Below the pieces are notes generated by a model. It had not been told where the DNA came from. It worked only from the letters and a program-made list of their open reading frames with translations, and did not search any database. Below, in pieces: positions 37,446-47,175 of a stretch of DNA of 64,000 nucleotides. A program made the position numbers and the translations under genes. Each line of letters begins with the position of its first letter. Position 1 is the first letter of the stretch. Where the stretch lies: NCBI GenBank assembly GCA_964582545.1, contig CAZOSB010000004.1, positions 3,247 through 67,246 on the forward strand, read 5' to 3'. The DNA is from an uncultured Anaerovorax sp. GTDB lineage: Bacteria > Bacillota > Clostridia > Peptostreptococcales > Anaerovoracaceae.

Positions 37446-37477
37446 GAAAACCACCTCCCATAGAGAAGTGGTTTTCC
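37446..37477 (-). terminator. Terminator-like hairpin after the NhaC-family gene
   Basis: GAAAACCAC ... GTGGTTTTC, a 9-bp stem with a 14-nt loop, followed by a modest U-rich tract on the minus strand. Confidence 0.45.
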
Positions 37478-37512
37478 AGTTAGTAAGTGGTAAATTTTTA
37501 TAAATAAATTTT

Positions 37513-38994
37513 CTAGTAAATGACAAACCCTAAGATGATATATCCTATGGCCGCCATGAGTCCCGCGATTGCCCCGTAAGGAATTTGCGTTATGGCGTGT
37601 CTAAAGTTATCACAACCCGTAGCCGCAGATGTAAGGATGGTCGCATCAGAGTAGAAGCAGCAATGGCTTCCCCATACGCCTGCAGCAGCCACAACGCCCA
37701 CTGTTACGATTGGGTCTCCACCTAAGGATAAAGTTACAGGAACTACGATAGGCATTGCTATGATGTACATTCCCCAGTTGATGCCCATAATGAATTCTGT
37801 AAAAGCAAAGATTAAGAAAATAGTAATAGGCAAAAACTGTAAGCTCAGGTTTGCTGTGGCAGTGTCAACGATGAAGTCAATAAATCCAATCCTCTCACAA
37901 CCATCCGCGAAGGAAAAGGCCAACACCATCATCAATAAGGGCATCAACATGTTCTTTAATCCTTTTAGCACTAAATCTACATAATCTTCCGGGCTCATCC
38001 CCTGGGCCACAAAGAATAAGAAATTAAAAGCTATGGTGGTCAGAACACCCATCTGCATGTCAAACCCAAAGAATATGGTGGATCCTACTAAGACCAGCAT
38101 GGGTACGAAGAAATTATACAGCTTAGGATTTTTAGGAGGCTCCAGTTCCTCTTCTCCTGAACGGATGTCAATTCTTTCAGATCCCGGAGGCGCTAATGGG
38201 CCACCGTTTTCTACTCTTTCGTATGCTTTCTTCATGGGTCCAACCTTAGGAATGACACCCAATATCACAAGAATTAGGACGATTATGGCGCCCAAAGCGT
38301 AAAAATTATAGGGAATCGTCTTTACATAAGAAAGAACTTGTGTACCCTCAGGTGCAATATTGTTGGAAACCATGAGACCACCAATAAATACTGCCCAAGT
38401 AGATATGGGGTTTAATACACAAGCCGGTGCAGCGGTGGAGTCCACAACGTAAGCATCCATCTCCCTAGGAATCTTAAATCTATCGTTTACAGGGGTCATA
38501 CAGGATCCTGTAGTCAAAGCGTTTAAATAATCATCGATGGATAAAAGCATGGAGCATAACATGGTGTAGAGCAAGCTTTGCTTTTGCCCTTTTGCATGTT
38601 TCTCAACAAAATTTCCAAAGGCAAACCCGCCGCCACCCTTTTCTACAACTGCCACGATACCTCCCATGAGACCACAGACGATAAAGAGCCATCCCATATC
38701 AGGATCTGTAACTGTGTCAATCAGGATTTCGTTTAACGGTCCAAAGAACTCAGCTTTGTAAGCCATAATCGTTGTGAGCAACGTAGCTAACGCCAAAGAC
38801 TCGATAATTCTTTTCGTAAAAAATATGTAAATAATTAAAAATGCCGCAGGAATCATGGATAGAGGCCCAAAGCTTTCCACGTCAGAAGGCAATAAAAATC
38901 CTACCACTAAAAACGCAAGGATCATAATTCCGTAAGTTAATAGATGCTTTCTCATTTCGCTTGCTTGCTTTGTTTGTTCAATCATTTCAGACAA
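37513..38994 (-). CDS. Na+/H+ antiporter NhaC-family transporter
   Basis: Polytopic membrane protein of about 490 aa with an NhaC-like pattern. The start is uncertain: TTG 38994 lies 8 nt after AAAGGAG, and the alternatives are ATG 38985 and TTG 39012. Confidence 0.8.
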   Translation of the reverse strand: MSEMIEQTKQASEMRKHLLTYGIMILAFLVVGFLLPSDVESFGPLSMIPAAFLIIYIFFTKRIIESLALATLLTTIMAYKAEFFGPLNEILIDTVTDPDMGWLFIVCGLMGGIVAVVEKGGGGFAFGNFVEKHAKGQKQSLLYTMLCSMLLSIDDYLNALTTGSCMTPVNDRFKIPREMDAYVVDSTAAPACVLNPISTWAVFIGGLMVSNNIAPEGTQVLSYVKTIPYNFYALGAIIVLILVILGVIPKVGPMKKAYERVENGGPLAPPGSERIDIRSGEEELEPPKNPKLYNFFVPMLVLVGSTIFFGFDMQMGVLTTIAFNFLFFVAQGMSPEDYVDLVLKGLKNMLMPLLMMVLAFSFADGCERIGFIDFIVDTATANLSLQFLPITIFLIFAFTEFIMGINWGMYIIAMPIVVPVTLSLGGDPIVTVGVVAAAGVWGSHCCFYSDATILTSAATGCDNFRHAITQIPYGAIAGLMAAIGYIILGFVIY

Positions 38995-39144
38995 CTTCTT
39001 CACTCCTTTCAAAATTTAATTCAACGAACCGACCAATTGATGTTTCATTGAATTATAAATTAACAGTAACGAAATTCTTAGCTAAGTAAATTTATGAAAT
39101 AGGATTTAGAGCAAAATAATAGTTTAATATTAAGCTTTATGGAT

Positions 39145-39273
39145 TCATGGAATCCCTAGAATCGAACTGCCCAGAGTTTTTTTAGACGGTATCACTGACT
39201 TTGGATGATTTTTTTTAAATAGCTTAATTTCTTTTAGAGATAGTACATTTTGTTTTTCTCTGATAATTCGCAT
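39145..39273 (-). CDS. Small 42-aa ORF (MRIIREKQNVLSLKEIKLFKKNHPKSVIPSKKTLGSSILGIP) at the head of the sigma-54 transcript
   Basis: GGAGGATAAGT-ATG Shine-Dalgarno context. It lies about 45 nt downstream of the -12 element. It is below the track's cut-off. Confidence 0.4.
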   Translation of the reverse strand: MRIIREKQNVLSLKEIKLFKKNHPKSVIPSKKTLGSSILGIP

Positions 39274-39316
39274 ACTTATCCTCCAATTCAAGATTAGATT
39301 TATATATTTTTATTTT

Positions 39317-39332
39317 TGCAAATAACATGCCA
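39317..39332 (-). promoter_or_regulatory. Sigma-54 (-24/-12) promoter
   Basis: The minus strand reads TGGCATGTTATTTGCA. This matches TGGCAC-N5-TTGCA with exact GG-to-GC spacing. Confidence 0.75.
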
Positions 39333-39457
39333 ATATTAACCTTTTAACTTTTGAAAAATTTAGTTTTATCCTAAATCGGCTATAAACTAAACTTTATATC
39401 TTAAAGACGTATTAAAAGTTTTCATTACAAATAGATTGATTAACTCAAAAAGAAAAT

Positions 39458-39498
39458 AATTGTCAGAATTGACAATTTATATATCAATTCTGACAATT
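39458..39498 (-). promoter_or_regulatory. Perfect 14-bp inverted repeat: bEBP upstream activating site and/or terminator of the upstream gene
   Basis: AATTGTCAGAATTG (39458-39471) and CAATTCTGACAATT (39485-39498). It also contains TTGTCA-gaat-TGACAA. On the minus strand AUUUUCUUUUU follows it. It lies about 130 bp upstream of the sigma-54 promoter. Confidence 0.5.
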
Positions 39499-39532
39499 AA
39501 CTCTTTGCTCTGCTCATAGCGACCTCTTTAGG

Positions 39533-40081
39533 TCACACTTGTGTGGGTGATCCCACAGGGATGGCCCCACCGATTCCTTCTATAATTTGATTGGTTTTTT
39601 CTTCATCGTAATAACTGCAAAGTTCAATGAATTTTACTCCATCCATCACCATCTGTTCTGCAGCGTGAATTCCATCTTCCATACCATTTACGCAGGCAAT
39701 ATAGGTATCACATTCTTCCGATTTTAGAATAGTGTAACGATCCTTTTCCCAAGTCTCACCTACTTCGATGATAATTCCCCATGGATTTAATTCTTCTAAC
39801 TCATCAAATTTTGCTTTTTCCTGAAGGGAGTAAGTTTCATAGCAAATCTTTATATTCCCTGAAGTACTGTCCTTAATCACTTGTGCCATCTCACGGTCAA
39901 AATCGCCACAAAGCTCAATCTCGTCAAATCCAGATTCCTCTAATTCCTTTGCTTTAGTGCAAGCCAACTCCATAGAATTGACACCACAAACCAATCCAGT
40001 AAAGCTTTTCCCGTATAAATGTTTAGAATAATTGTCCGGTGTTAAGGAAGTAGAATTAACAAAGAATGCAAATTTAAACAT
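39533..40081 (-). CDS. Hypothetical protein (internally duplicated, two ELCG/ELCS-containing halves)
   Basis: 182-aa intact ORF with an AGAGGG Shine-Dalgarno sequence. I did not recognise a family. Confidence 0.5.
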   Translation of the reverse strand: MFKFAFFVNSTSLTPDNYSKHLYGKSFTGLVCGVNSMELACTKAKELEESGFDEIELCGDFDREMAQVIKDSTSGNIKICYETYSLQEKAKFDELEELNPWGIIIEVGETWEKDRYTILKSEECDTYIACVNGMEDGIHAAEQMVMDGVKFIELCSYYDEEKTNQIIEGIGGAIPVGSPTQV

Positions 40082-40102
40082 TGTAATACCCTCTTTCTAA
40101 TT

Positions 40103-40179
40103 TGGTGGGGACAACTGGATTCGAACCGGTGACCTCTTGCTTGTCGAGCAAGCGCTCTAACCAACTGAGCTATGCCCCC
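40103..40179 (-). tRNA. tRNA gene (77 nt, CCA encoded). The anticodon reads as GAC (Val), but the gene has atypical features.
   Basis: Hand-folded cloverleaf: GGGGGCA/UGUCCCC acceptor (G5-U68), GCUC/GAGC D-stem, CUUGC/GCAAG anticodon stem, loop UCGACAA and T-loop UUCGAAU. Position 33 is C, not U. T-stem pair 51-63 is C-A. Confidence 0.7.
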
Positions 40180-40375
40180 ACATATATAATATACAAGTAT
40201 TTAAACTTTTGTACCTATTCCCCCTGAATAGCTTGTCTAATTTGACTGGATTTTTATTATATCACTTTCGTTTTTGTTACACAAGTAATTTTTTATAGCA
40301 GATGTTAACTTTCTTCTTCTTTGTGTCGAAATAATGATTGAAGGAACATATTTTTTTAACAGGGAGGTTAAAGGT

Positions 40376-40951
40376 ATGAAAGTTGAAGCAACATCTGTGG
40401 GGGCTGCCCAGTATAAGGCAACTCAGCCTACCACAACAAAACAAAAAAACGAGGAATCTACCGAAAGAAAGGATTCTTTGATCATCGGATCTGATAGCAA
40501 CTCCAATCGAGATGTTGGATTATATTCTCCAAAGAATCTCAGCAATGCGGATAAAGTGAAGGTTCAAGAATTAATTGCAGATTCCGAAAAAAGAGTTGCA
40601 GAATTCGAAGAAATGATCCGTTCTATGATCGCTGATCAATCAGGAAAATATAATTTGGTTTATAAAGGTCAAAAGTTATATGTTTCTCCTGAAGAGTCTG
40701 CAAAAGCGCAGGCGGCGATTGCCCCAGGCGGAGAATATTCCGTGGAAGCGGTAGCAGGTCGCATCATGGATATGGCGAAAGCACTCTCTGGCGGGGATCC
40801 CTCAAAAATCGACGAATTAAAGAAAGCAGTAATCCAAGGATTTAAGGAGGCAGAAAAAGCTTTTGGCTCTGCTCTACCTCAAATTTCACGGGATACCTAT
40901 GATGAAGTAATGAAAAGATTTGATCAGTGGGAAAAGGAAGTCAATCTTTAG
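40376..40951 (+). CDS. Hypothetical protein (DUF5610-like pattern)
   Basis: 191 aa. Start at ATG 40376 after GGGAGG. The C-terminal pattern is GRIMDMAKALSGGDPSKIDELKKAVIQGF. Confidence 0.5.
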   Translation: MKVEATSVGAAQYKATQPTTTKQKNEESTERKDSLIIGSDSNSNRDVGLYSPKNLSNADKVKVQELIADSEKRVAEFEEMIRSMIADQSGKYNLVYKGQKLYVSPEESAKAQAAIAPGGEYSVEAVAGRIMDMAKALSGGDPSKIDELKKAVIQGFKEAEKAFGSALPQISRDTYDEVMKRFDQWEKEVNL

Positions 40952-41018
40952 TTGGATCCCATAAGTTTTCTTCATATTTAGCACTTTTCCATAATATAAA
41001 TAAATGGAGGTGATGTTT

Positions 41019-42494
41019 ATGAACAATTCTATGAATCAAATTCCCCATACAAAGGATAATATAATGACCGATAGCTTAGGTCGTCCTGTACCAAATGATA
41101 CCAACTCCTTAACCGTTTCTAACCAAGGACCCACTTTACTGGAGGACATTCACTTTGTAGACAAATTGGCTCATTTTGATAGAGAAAGAATCCCCGAAAG
41201 AGTCGTGCATGCCAAAGGCGCAGGTGCCTTTGGTGTCTTTGAAAATTACAATTCTCTTTCTGAATATACTTGCGCCAATTTTTTAAGCGAGGCCGGCAAA
41301 AAGACTCGGGTATTCGTAAGGTTCTCTACAGTAATCGGTTCCAAAGGCAGTGCGGATACCGTTCGGGATCCCCGTGGATTTGCCGTAAAATTTTATACGG
41401 ATGAAGGTATCTATGACATTGTTGGGAATGACCTTCCCGTCTTTTTTATACGTGATGCTATGAAATTCCCGGATGTAATTCACTCTCTAAAGCCTGATCC
41501 TGTTACAAATTTGAGAAATCCTGTTCGCTTCTGGGATTTTGTTTCTCTTTCCCCAGAGGCCACCCATATGATTACTTGGGTTTATTCCGACCGGGGAACC
41601 ATCAAAAGCTATCGTCATGTGGACGGTTTCGGCGTAAATACCTATGTTTGGGTAAATCAAAATAACGAGAGGTTATACATAAAATATCATTGGAAAACAA
41701 AACAAGGACTTCAGACCATCGATCGCTTTGAGGCAGAACAATTGGCCGGTAGCGACCCCGATATCGCAGTAAAGGATCTACATAACGCCATAGCTGAAGG
41801 AAATTACCCTCAGTATGAATTATGTGTGCAGTTCATGAGACCAGAGGATGCAGATCAGCTGAGCTTTGACCCCTTAGACGATACGAAGATCTGGCCTGAG
41901 GAGCAGTTTCCCCTTTATGCTGTGGGAATGATGACTTTAAACGAAAACCCACAAAACTTCTTCGCTCAGGTAGAGCAATCTGCATTTTGTCCCGGCAATA
42001 TAGTGAATGGCGTAGAACTTTCTAACGATAAAATGCTTCAAGGAAGAAGTTTTTCCTATCTGGATACCCAGAGATATAGAGTGGGACCCAACTTTGCACA
42101 GTTGCCCATAAATCAGTCCATTTCCCCAGTAGACAACAATCAACGTGACGGTGCTATGACCTATGTCATTAACAGTGAACCCATTAATTATTCCCCCAAC
42201 AGTCTGAATGAAAATAAGCCCTATCCTGCTACAGGGCAGTATAGAGTAGGACCATTCATTGCTGGCAACATCGAGCGAGCACCCATTAACAAGACAGATG
42301 ATTTCCAACAAGCGGGCGAACATTACCGTTCCTTAACCATGGTGGAACAAGATCATCTGGTAGATAATATCGCCAGTGAATTATATTTGGCAAATCAAGA
42401 CATTCAAGATAGAGTTTTAAAATACTTTGCAAATGCCGATAAGGAATTTGCTGAAAAAGTAAAAATTGCCATGATAAAATATATGAAGAAGTAA
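41019..42494 (+). CDS. katA: Monofunctional heme catalase
   Basis: Catalase signature (FDRERIPERVVHAKGAGA, RDPRGFAVKFYT, proximal R..YxD). Start at ATG 41019 after GGAGGTGA. Confidence 0.92.
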   Translation: MNNSMNQIPHTKDNIMTDSLGRPVPNDTNSLTVSNQGPTLLEDIHFVDKLAHFDRERIPERVVHAKGAGAFGVFENYNSLSEYTCANFLSEAGKKTRVFVRFSTVIGSKGSADTVRDPRGFAVKFYTDEGIYDIVGNDLPVFFIRDAMKFPDVIHSLKPDPVTNLRNPVRFWDFVSLSPEATHMITWVYSDRGTIKSYRHVDGFGVNTYVWVNQNNERLYIKYHWKTKQGLQTIDRFEAEQLAGSDPDIAVKDLHNAIAEGNYPQYELCVQFMRPEDADQLSFDPLDDTKIWPEEQFPLYAVGMMTLNENPQNFFAQVEQSAFCPGNIVNGVELSNDKMLQGRSFSYLDTQRYRVGPNFAQLPINQSISPVDNNQRDGAMTYVINSEPINYSPNSLNENKPYPATGQYRVGPFIAGNIERAPINKTDDFQQAGEHYRSLTMVEQDHLVDNIASELYLANQDIQDRVLKYFANADKEFAEKVKIAMIKYMKK

Positions 42495-42531
42495 ATTCAT
42501 TGAAAAATATCATATCGTCGTAAAGGAATAT

Positions 42532-42558
42532 ATCGCCATGAGGGAATCTCGTGGCGAT
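42532..42558 (+). terminator. Terminator-like hairpin after the catalase gene
   Basis: ATCGCCA-13 nt-TGGCGAT followed by a U/A-rich tract. Confidence 0.4.
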
Positions 42559-42598
42559 TATTATCTGTCATTATATATTGATTAATTAACATAAGTCT

Positions 42599-43378
42599 TT
42601 AAGAAAGATTTAAAATAGCCTCAAGAACGCCTCCCCCGATGGCATTGGCCTTGTCTGATACAGAATAGCAGTACTGACTATGGCAACGGGAATCTACGTC
42701 ACCCACTTTCATACCCTTGTGAGCTGGGGTACCTGCAGGAAGAATTCCACGCAACATACCATGAATCTCGGTTACAACGGGGGCATCCCCTACATAAGCC
42801 ACAGTCTGACCCGCATCTACCATATCCCCGATACTTGCAACAGGAGAAAAGATACCATCTGCCGTTGAGCGTACGATTCTTTCAGTGGTAAAACCACCTA
42901 CGTTGCCCGGTATGCCGGTATTGGGGACCGGAGATCCTTCATATAAAACTCGACCAAGATCGTGTCCCCGTTGGGTTTCTATGGCTCTATGACAATCTAA
43001 ACCAACGGTGAAACCAGGACCCACACCAATGACAATGGGTGCATCTTCCAACTTGGTACCCATGTTTTTTTTGGCTAAAATTGCATCCACAAGCGCATGG
43101 GGTTTTAATACGGGAATCGTCTTCCCTTCCGGATCGATCAATACAGCTACTTTTCCCCCTCGGGTGATAGAAGCTACTTCCTCTGCACTCTTTGCCAACT
43201 TTGCTCTGATTCCCTCTACCGTTACTTCTCCTTTGTAAACCGCAGCGGAAAAAGCCACCGTACAGCGTATGGTAGTGGGGCGAGCGATATCTGTCAACAC
43301 CACAGAAAATCCACTGCGGAACAGACGACAAGCAATTCCGGTCGCAAGATCACCGGCACCTCGAATGAGAATCAGCAT
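42599..43378 (-). CDS. yqeB: Selenium-dependent molybdenum hydroxylase system protein, YqeB family
   Basis: 259 aa. The N-terminus (MLILIRGAGDLATG) and overall pattern are as recalled for the YqeB family. It is adjacent to XDH-family subunits. Confidence 0.7.
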   Translation of the reverse strand: MLILIRGAGDLATGIACRLFRSGFSVVLTDIARPTTIRCTVAFSAAVYKGEVTVEGIRAKLAKSAEEVASITRGGKVAVLIDPEGKTIPVLKPHALVDAILAKKNMGTKLEDAPIVIGVGPGFTVGLDCHRAIETQRGHDLGRVLYEGSPVPNTGIPGNVGGFTTERIVRSTADGIFSPVASIGDMVDAGQTVAYVGDAPVVTEIHGMLRGILPAGTPAHKGMKVGDVDSRCHSQYCYSVSDKANAIGGGVLEAILNLS

Positions 43379-43445
43379 AAAACAGGTCTCCTTTTATGAA
43401 TTGACCGCCATAGGGCGGCCAATTCTGTTTGAATAAAAATTCTTA

Positions 43446-43916
43446 TTATTTTTGCATTTTTTCTGCAGCCAAAAGAACTGCTTCGTTTATCTTTTGGTAA
43501 CCGGTACATCGACATAGATTTCCGGAAAAAGCTACCTTCACTTCATCTAAGGTGGGATTTGGGTTGACTTTTAGCAGTGCAATTCCCGTTAAAATCATTC
43601 CCGGTGTGCAATAACCGCATTGTACTGCTCCCGTTTCCATAAAGGTCTTCTGCATAGGATGTAAGGTTCCATCGGACATTTCTATTCCTTCAATTGTTGT
43701 CAGTTCTTTGCCATCTGCCATACAGGTTAAGAAAGTGCAAGACCTTATGGCTTTGTCATTCAGTAACACCGTACATGCTCCGCAATCTCCTGTTCCGCAA
43801 GATTTCTTGGTACCCGTAAGCCCGAATTTGTTGCGGATGGTATCCACCAGCACTTCTTTACCGTCCACCTCACATGAGACGTCTTTTCCGTTGAGTTTAA
43901 AATATACAGTGGTCAT
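43446..43916 (-). CDS. (2Fe-2S)-binding small subunit of an XDH-family molybdenum hydroxylase
   Basis: CGTGDCGACTV and CGYCTPG...CRCTGY cluster motifs. Confidence 0.9.
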   Translation of the reverse strand: MTTVYFKLNGKDVSCEVDGKEVLVDTIRNKFGLTGTKKSCGTGDCGACTVLLNDKAIRSCTFLTCMADGKELTTIEGIEMSDGTLHPMQKTFMETGAVQCGYCTPGMILTGIALLKVNPNPTLDEVKVAFSGNLCRCTGYQKINEAVLLAAEKMQK

Positions 43917-44771
43917 CTATTTCACCTCCTCTGCATTGTTCCATGCCATTTCAACCGCGCGTTCTACTGCAACGCAGGTGACCAGTTCCTTATAATGTGT
44001 AAAACGGCTTGGTCGCAAACCTGCTTCTTTTGGGAAGTTCTCACGAATATAAGACAAAACCTCTTCTTTTTTCTTTCCTTTGATCCCTTCTTCAACGCTG
44101 GTTCCTCTCACCGCTGTAGCGTTCAGTGCACCAAGACCAATAGCGGCTTCTGTACAGATTCCATCCTTTACTGACAATGCGGCACTGACAATCACCTTGG
44201 CTATATCCTGAGACTTTCTCCTTGCCAAACGGATATAACCGGTGCCGAATCCTTCTTTTGGTGCAGAAAAGTAAATTTCCTTTATCAGGTCATTGGGCTC
44301 TAGAACCGTCTTAAAGGTCGAAACAAAGAAATTCTCAATGGGAATCACCCTTTCTCCCTTGACATTCGCAACCACTACTTTGGCTTCCAGTCCCATTAAC
44401 ATAGCAGTACAATCCGCTGAAGGTGCTCCCGTTCCGATGTTCCCTGCAGCAGTCGCCACCTGCCTTATGGCAGGACTGCCTAATTGTCGTACAGCTTCCA
44501 CCAAGCCCTTTACTCTTTGAATGATTGGAGATGCTAACATCTCAACATAGGTCACGGCTCCACCGATGGTAATCTTACCTTCACTTTCGGTAATTTTTTT
44601 CATTTCCTCAATGTCCGCTATATAAATGATTACTTCCGGTTTTTTCTCACCGGTAGCCAATTTTTCCACAATATCGGATCCACCGTTTACTATGACTGCC
44701 TTTTCTTGATACTGATTCAGCAGCTCAACTGCTTCCTTTATATCTGCTGGTTTAAAGAAATCTGTCTTCAT
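43917..44771 (-). CDS. FAD-binding medium subunit of an XDH-family molybdenum hydroxylase
   Basis: 284 aa with a CO-dehydrogenase-flavoprotein-like pattern (GGSD, AGNIG). Confidence 0.85.
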   Translation of the reverse strand: MKTDFFKPADIKEAVELLNQYQEKAVIVNGGSDIVEKLATGEKKPEVIIYIADIEEMKKITESEGKITIGGAVTYVEMLASPIIQRVKGLVEAVRQLGSPAIRQVATAAGNIGTGAPSADCTAMLMGLEAKVVVANVKGERVIPIENFFVSTFKTVLEPNDLIKEIYFSAPKEGFGTGYIRLARRKSQDIAKVIVSAALSVKDGICTEAAIGLGALNATAVRGTSVEEGIKGKKKEEVLSYIRENFPKEAGLRPSRFTHYKELVTCVAVERAVEMAWNNAEEVK

Positions 44772-47101
44772 CGGTTTTCACCCCTTTCTTTTAACTTCTT
44801 TGCTTCTAGTGCCTCCAATACTCGTACAGGTGTCAATGGAATCACATTCATCTTTATTCCGGTTGCATCTAAGAAGGCATTACGAATAGCAGGTGCCCCG
44901 GGAATGATCCCTGGTTCACCGATGCCCTTGACTCCATAGGGTCCCAGTTCGTTGGGACATTCTACAATGATAGACTGAAGCGGTGGAATATCTAGGGTTG
45001 TAGGAATTAAGAAATTATGGAAGGACGAGTTTTCCATCCTACCTTCTTTCATGAAATGCTCCTCCATCAAGGCCCATCCCATGGCTTGAACTGAGGCCCC
45101 TTCCATTTGTCCCTCCACAATGATTGGATTGATTGCCTTTCCTATATCCGCAGCATAAACACTTTTAAGCAGTGTAATTTCTCCTGTCTGAGTGTCCACT
45201 TCAAGTTCCACGGCCTGGGCACCGAAAGCGTAAGCATGGACAGTTTCACCTTGTCCATCGGGCTGAGTGAATCCGGGCTGAGGCGGATACCACTTTCCAA
45301 CCGCTGACAGCGACACTTGACTCATGTAAGCTTTTGCAATGACTTCCGCAAATGTCAAGGAAACATCCGGACTACCTTTTATGTAAAATTTAGAGTCTGC
45401 CGAGTCTACATTTCTGGGATCCACACCGAACATACCGGCAGCAACCTGAAGAAGTCTGTCTTTTAATTGCTGTGCTCCATTGCAAATTGCATTGCCGACG
45501 ATTGTTGCAGATCGAGAACCTACCGTTGGTCCGCTGTCTGGAGAAGTTTGTGTATCTGCAATGGTTACAAAAATATCCTCAAACTTCATCCCCAGTACTT
45601 CCGCGGCCAGTTGGGCACCGGTGGTGGCAATCCCTTGTCCCATTTCAGTACTAGAATAACCAAGCTGTAGTGAACCGTCAGTATTCATAGTCAGCGATAC
45701 ATTTGCCCCTTCAAAGAGGAGCGGAATACCGGTTCCATACATGAAGGCGGCAATGCCCCTACCCCTTAAAGTATGTTTCTTATTGTTGTCATAAGGTTTC
45801 TTACTCCCCATTTCTCGAGCAACGGCATCAAAACAAGCACCTAAACCCAATCCTCTTTCCTTTAACATGGGTTTGCCTGTGACAGTTTTTTGTCCATCTT
45901 TGAACATATTTTTACGTCGAATCTCAATATAGTCCATCCCGATGATGTCTGCCAATTCCTGCATCTGGCATTCCATAGCGAAGGTAGCCTGGGGAACACC
46001 AAATCCTCGGAATGCCGTTCCATATGGATTGTTTGTAAAAACTGAAGAGGATTTAATGCGAGCATTGGGTACATAATATGCTCCTCCTGCATAGATAGCA
46101 GTACGCATAGTCACACCGTAAGCCGGAGGTTTTGCTCCACCCATGGAAACATATGCACCTTTATTTAAGTAGGTTTGAGTTTCCACTGCAACGATGGTTC
46201 CATCTTTCATGGCACCTAACTTATGGTGAATATAACATGCTGTCCGCTTTCCGGTAGTACGAAAAACTTCTTCTCGTGTGAGCATGTAGTATACCGTTTT
46301 TTTCGTTTTTAATGCCAAGACACCTGCAATTACTGAAACATCCATGGTAGAATCCTCTTTACCACCAAATCCGCCCCCCACCAATGGTGAAACAACATTT
46401 ATTTTGGATTGTGGTAAATTGAATACCCCGGCAAGATGTCGACGGCTTTGAAAGACTGCCTGATTGGGGGATATTAATTTGATTCCTCCCGTAGCTAAAT
46501 TAGGCTCTGCAATACAAATATCCTGCTCTAAATAGCAGTGATCCAACATGGGGGTTTCATAATCGTTCTCAATGATGATATCCGCTGTTGCAAAGGCAGC
46601 ATCCACATCTCCTGTGTTTACAGATATGGTGGATAACAAATTGCCCTTCTCGGCAAACTGCGAATTGGGATGTATGACCACCGCATCATCTTTTATAGCT
46701 TCCCTTGGGTCATCGTAGGCCGGAAGAACTTCATAACTTACTTCGATAAGCCCGATTGCCTTAAGAGCCGTTTCCTCGTCAACTGCAGCCACGATGGCCA
46801 CGGGGTCTCCCTCGTAACAGACTTTGTCCTCTGCAATGACCGGCTTATCCTGAACCATAGGACCATAACTGTTCCTGCCAGGTAAATCCTTTGCCGTCAT
46901 CACAGCAAAAACTCCTTCCAGCTCGTCCGCCTTGGTAGTATCTATGCTTTTGATGAGCGCATGTGGGTATTTAGGCCACAGTGCTTTTGCTACAAGCATG
47001 TCAGGACGTATCATATCTTCTGTATAGATTGTGGCACCCCTTACTTTTGCTTCTGCATCTGATCGTATTACACTATGACCAACACAACGTAATTCTTGCA
47101 T
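44768..47101 (-). CDS. Molybdopterin-binding large subunit of an XDH-family molybdenum hydroxylase
   Basis: About 777 aa with aldehyde oxidase/xanthine dehydrogenase a/b hammerhead and Mo-binding blocks (GGGFGGK, GEPG). The start was moved to ATG 47101, after GGAGGA. Confidence 0.9.
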   Translation of the reverse strand: MQELRCVGHSVIRSDAEAKVRGATIYTEDMIRPDMLVAKALWPKYPHALIKSIDTTKADELEGVFAVMTAKDLPGRNSYGPMVQDKPVIAEDKVCYEGDPVAIVAAVDEETALKAIGLIEVSYEVLPAYDDPREAIKDDAVVIHPNSQFAEKGNLLSTISVNTGDVDAAFATADIIIENDYETPMLDHCYLEQDICIAEPNLATGGIKLISPNQAVFQSRRHLAGVFNLPQSKINVVSPLVGGGFGGKEDSTMDVSVIAGVLALKTKKTVYYMLTREEVFRTTGKRTACYIHHKLGAMKDGTIVAVETQTYLNKGAYVSMGGAKPPAYGVTMRTAIYAGGAYYVPNARIKSSSVFTNNPYGTAFRGFGVPQATFAMECQMQELADIIGMDYIEIRRKNMFKDGQKTVTGKPMLKERGLGLGACFDAVAREMGSKKPYDNNKKHTLRGRGIAAFMYGTGIPLLFEGANVSLTMNTDGSLQLGYSSTEMGQGIATTGAQLAAEVLGMKFEDIFVTIADTQTSPDSGPTVGSRSATIVGNAICNGAQQLKDRLLQVAAGMFGVDPRNVDSADSKFYIKGSPDVSLTFAEVIAKAYMSQVSLSAVGKWYPPQPGFTQPDGQGETVHAYAFGAQAVELEVDTQTGEITLLKSVYAADIGKAINPIIVEGQMEGASVQAMGWALMEEHFMKEGRMENSSFHNFLIPTTLDIPPLQSIIVECPNELGPYGVKGIGEPGIIPGAPAIRNAFLDATGIKMNVIPLTPVRVLEALEAKKLKERGENR

Positions 47102-47175
47102 TTTATTTTCCTCCTTTTTTGATTTTTGAATCACACCGAACTTGAGGTTAACCTCCATCCGAATGTTAATCTATT

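Noticed and set aside
43379-43445. Hairpin UUGGCCGCC-CUAU-GGCGGUCAA between the 2Fe-2S subunit gene and yqeB
   Set aside because: No U tract follows it on the coding strand. It is probably an intercistronic stabiliser rather than a terminator, and it is not distinctive enough to report.
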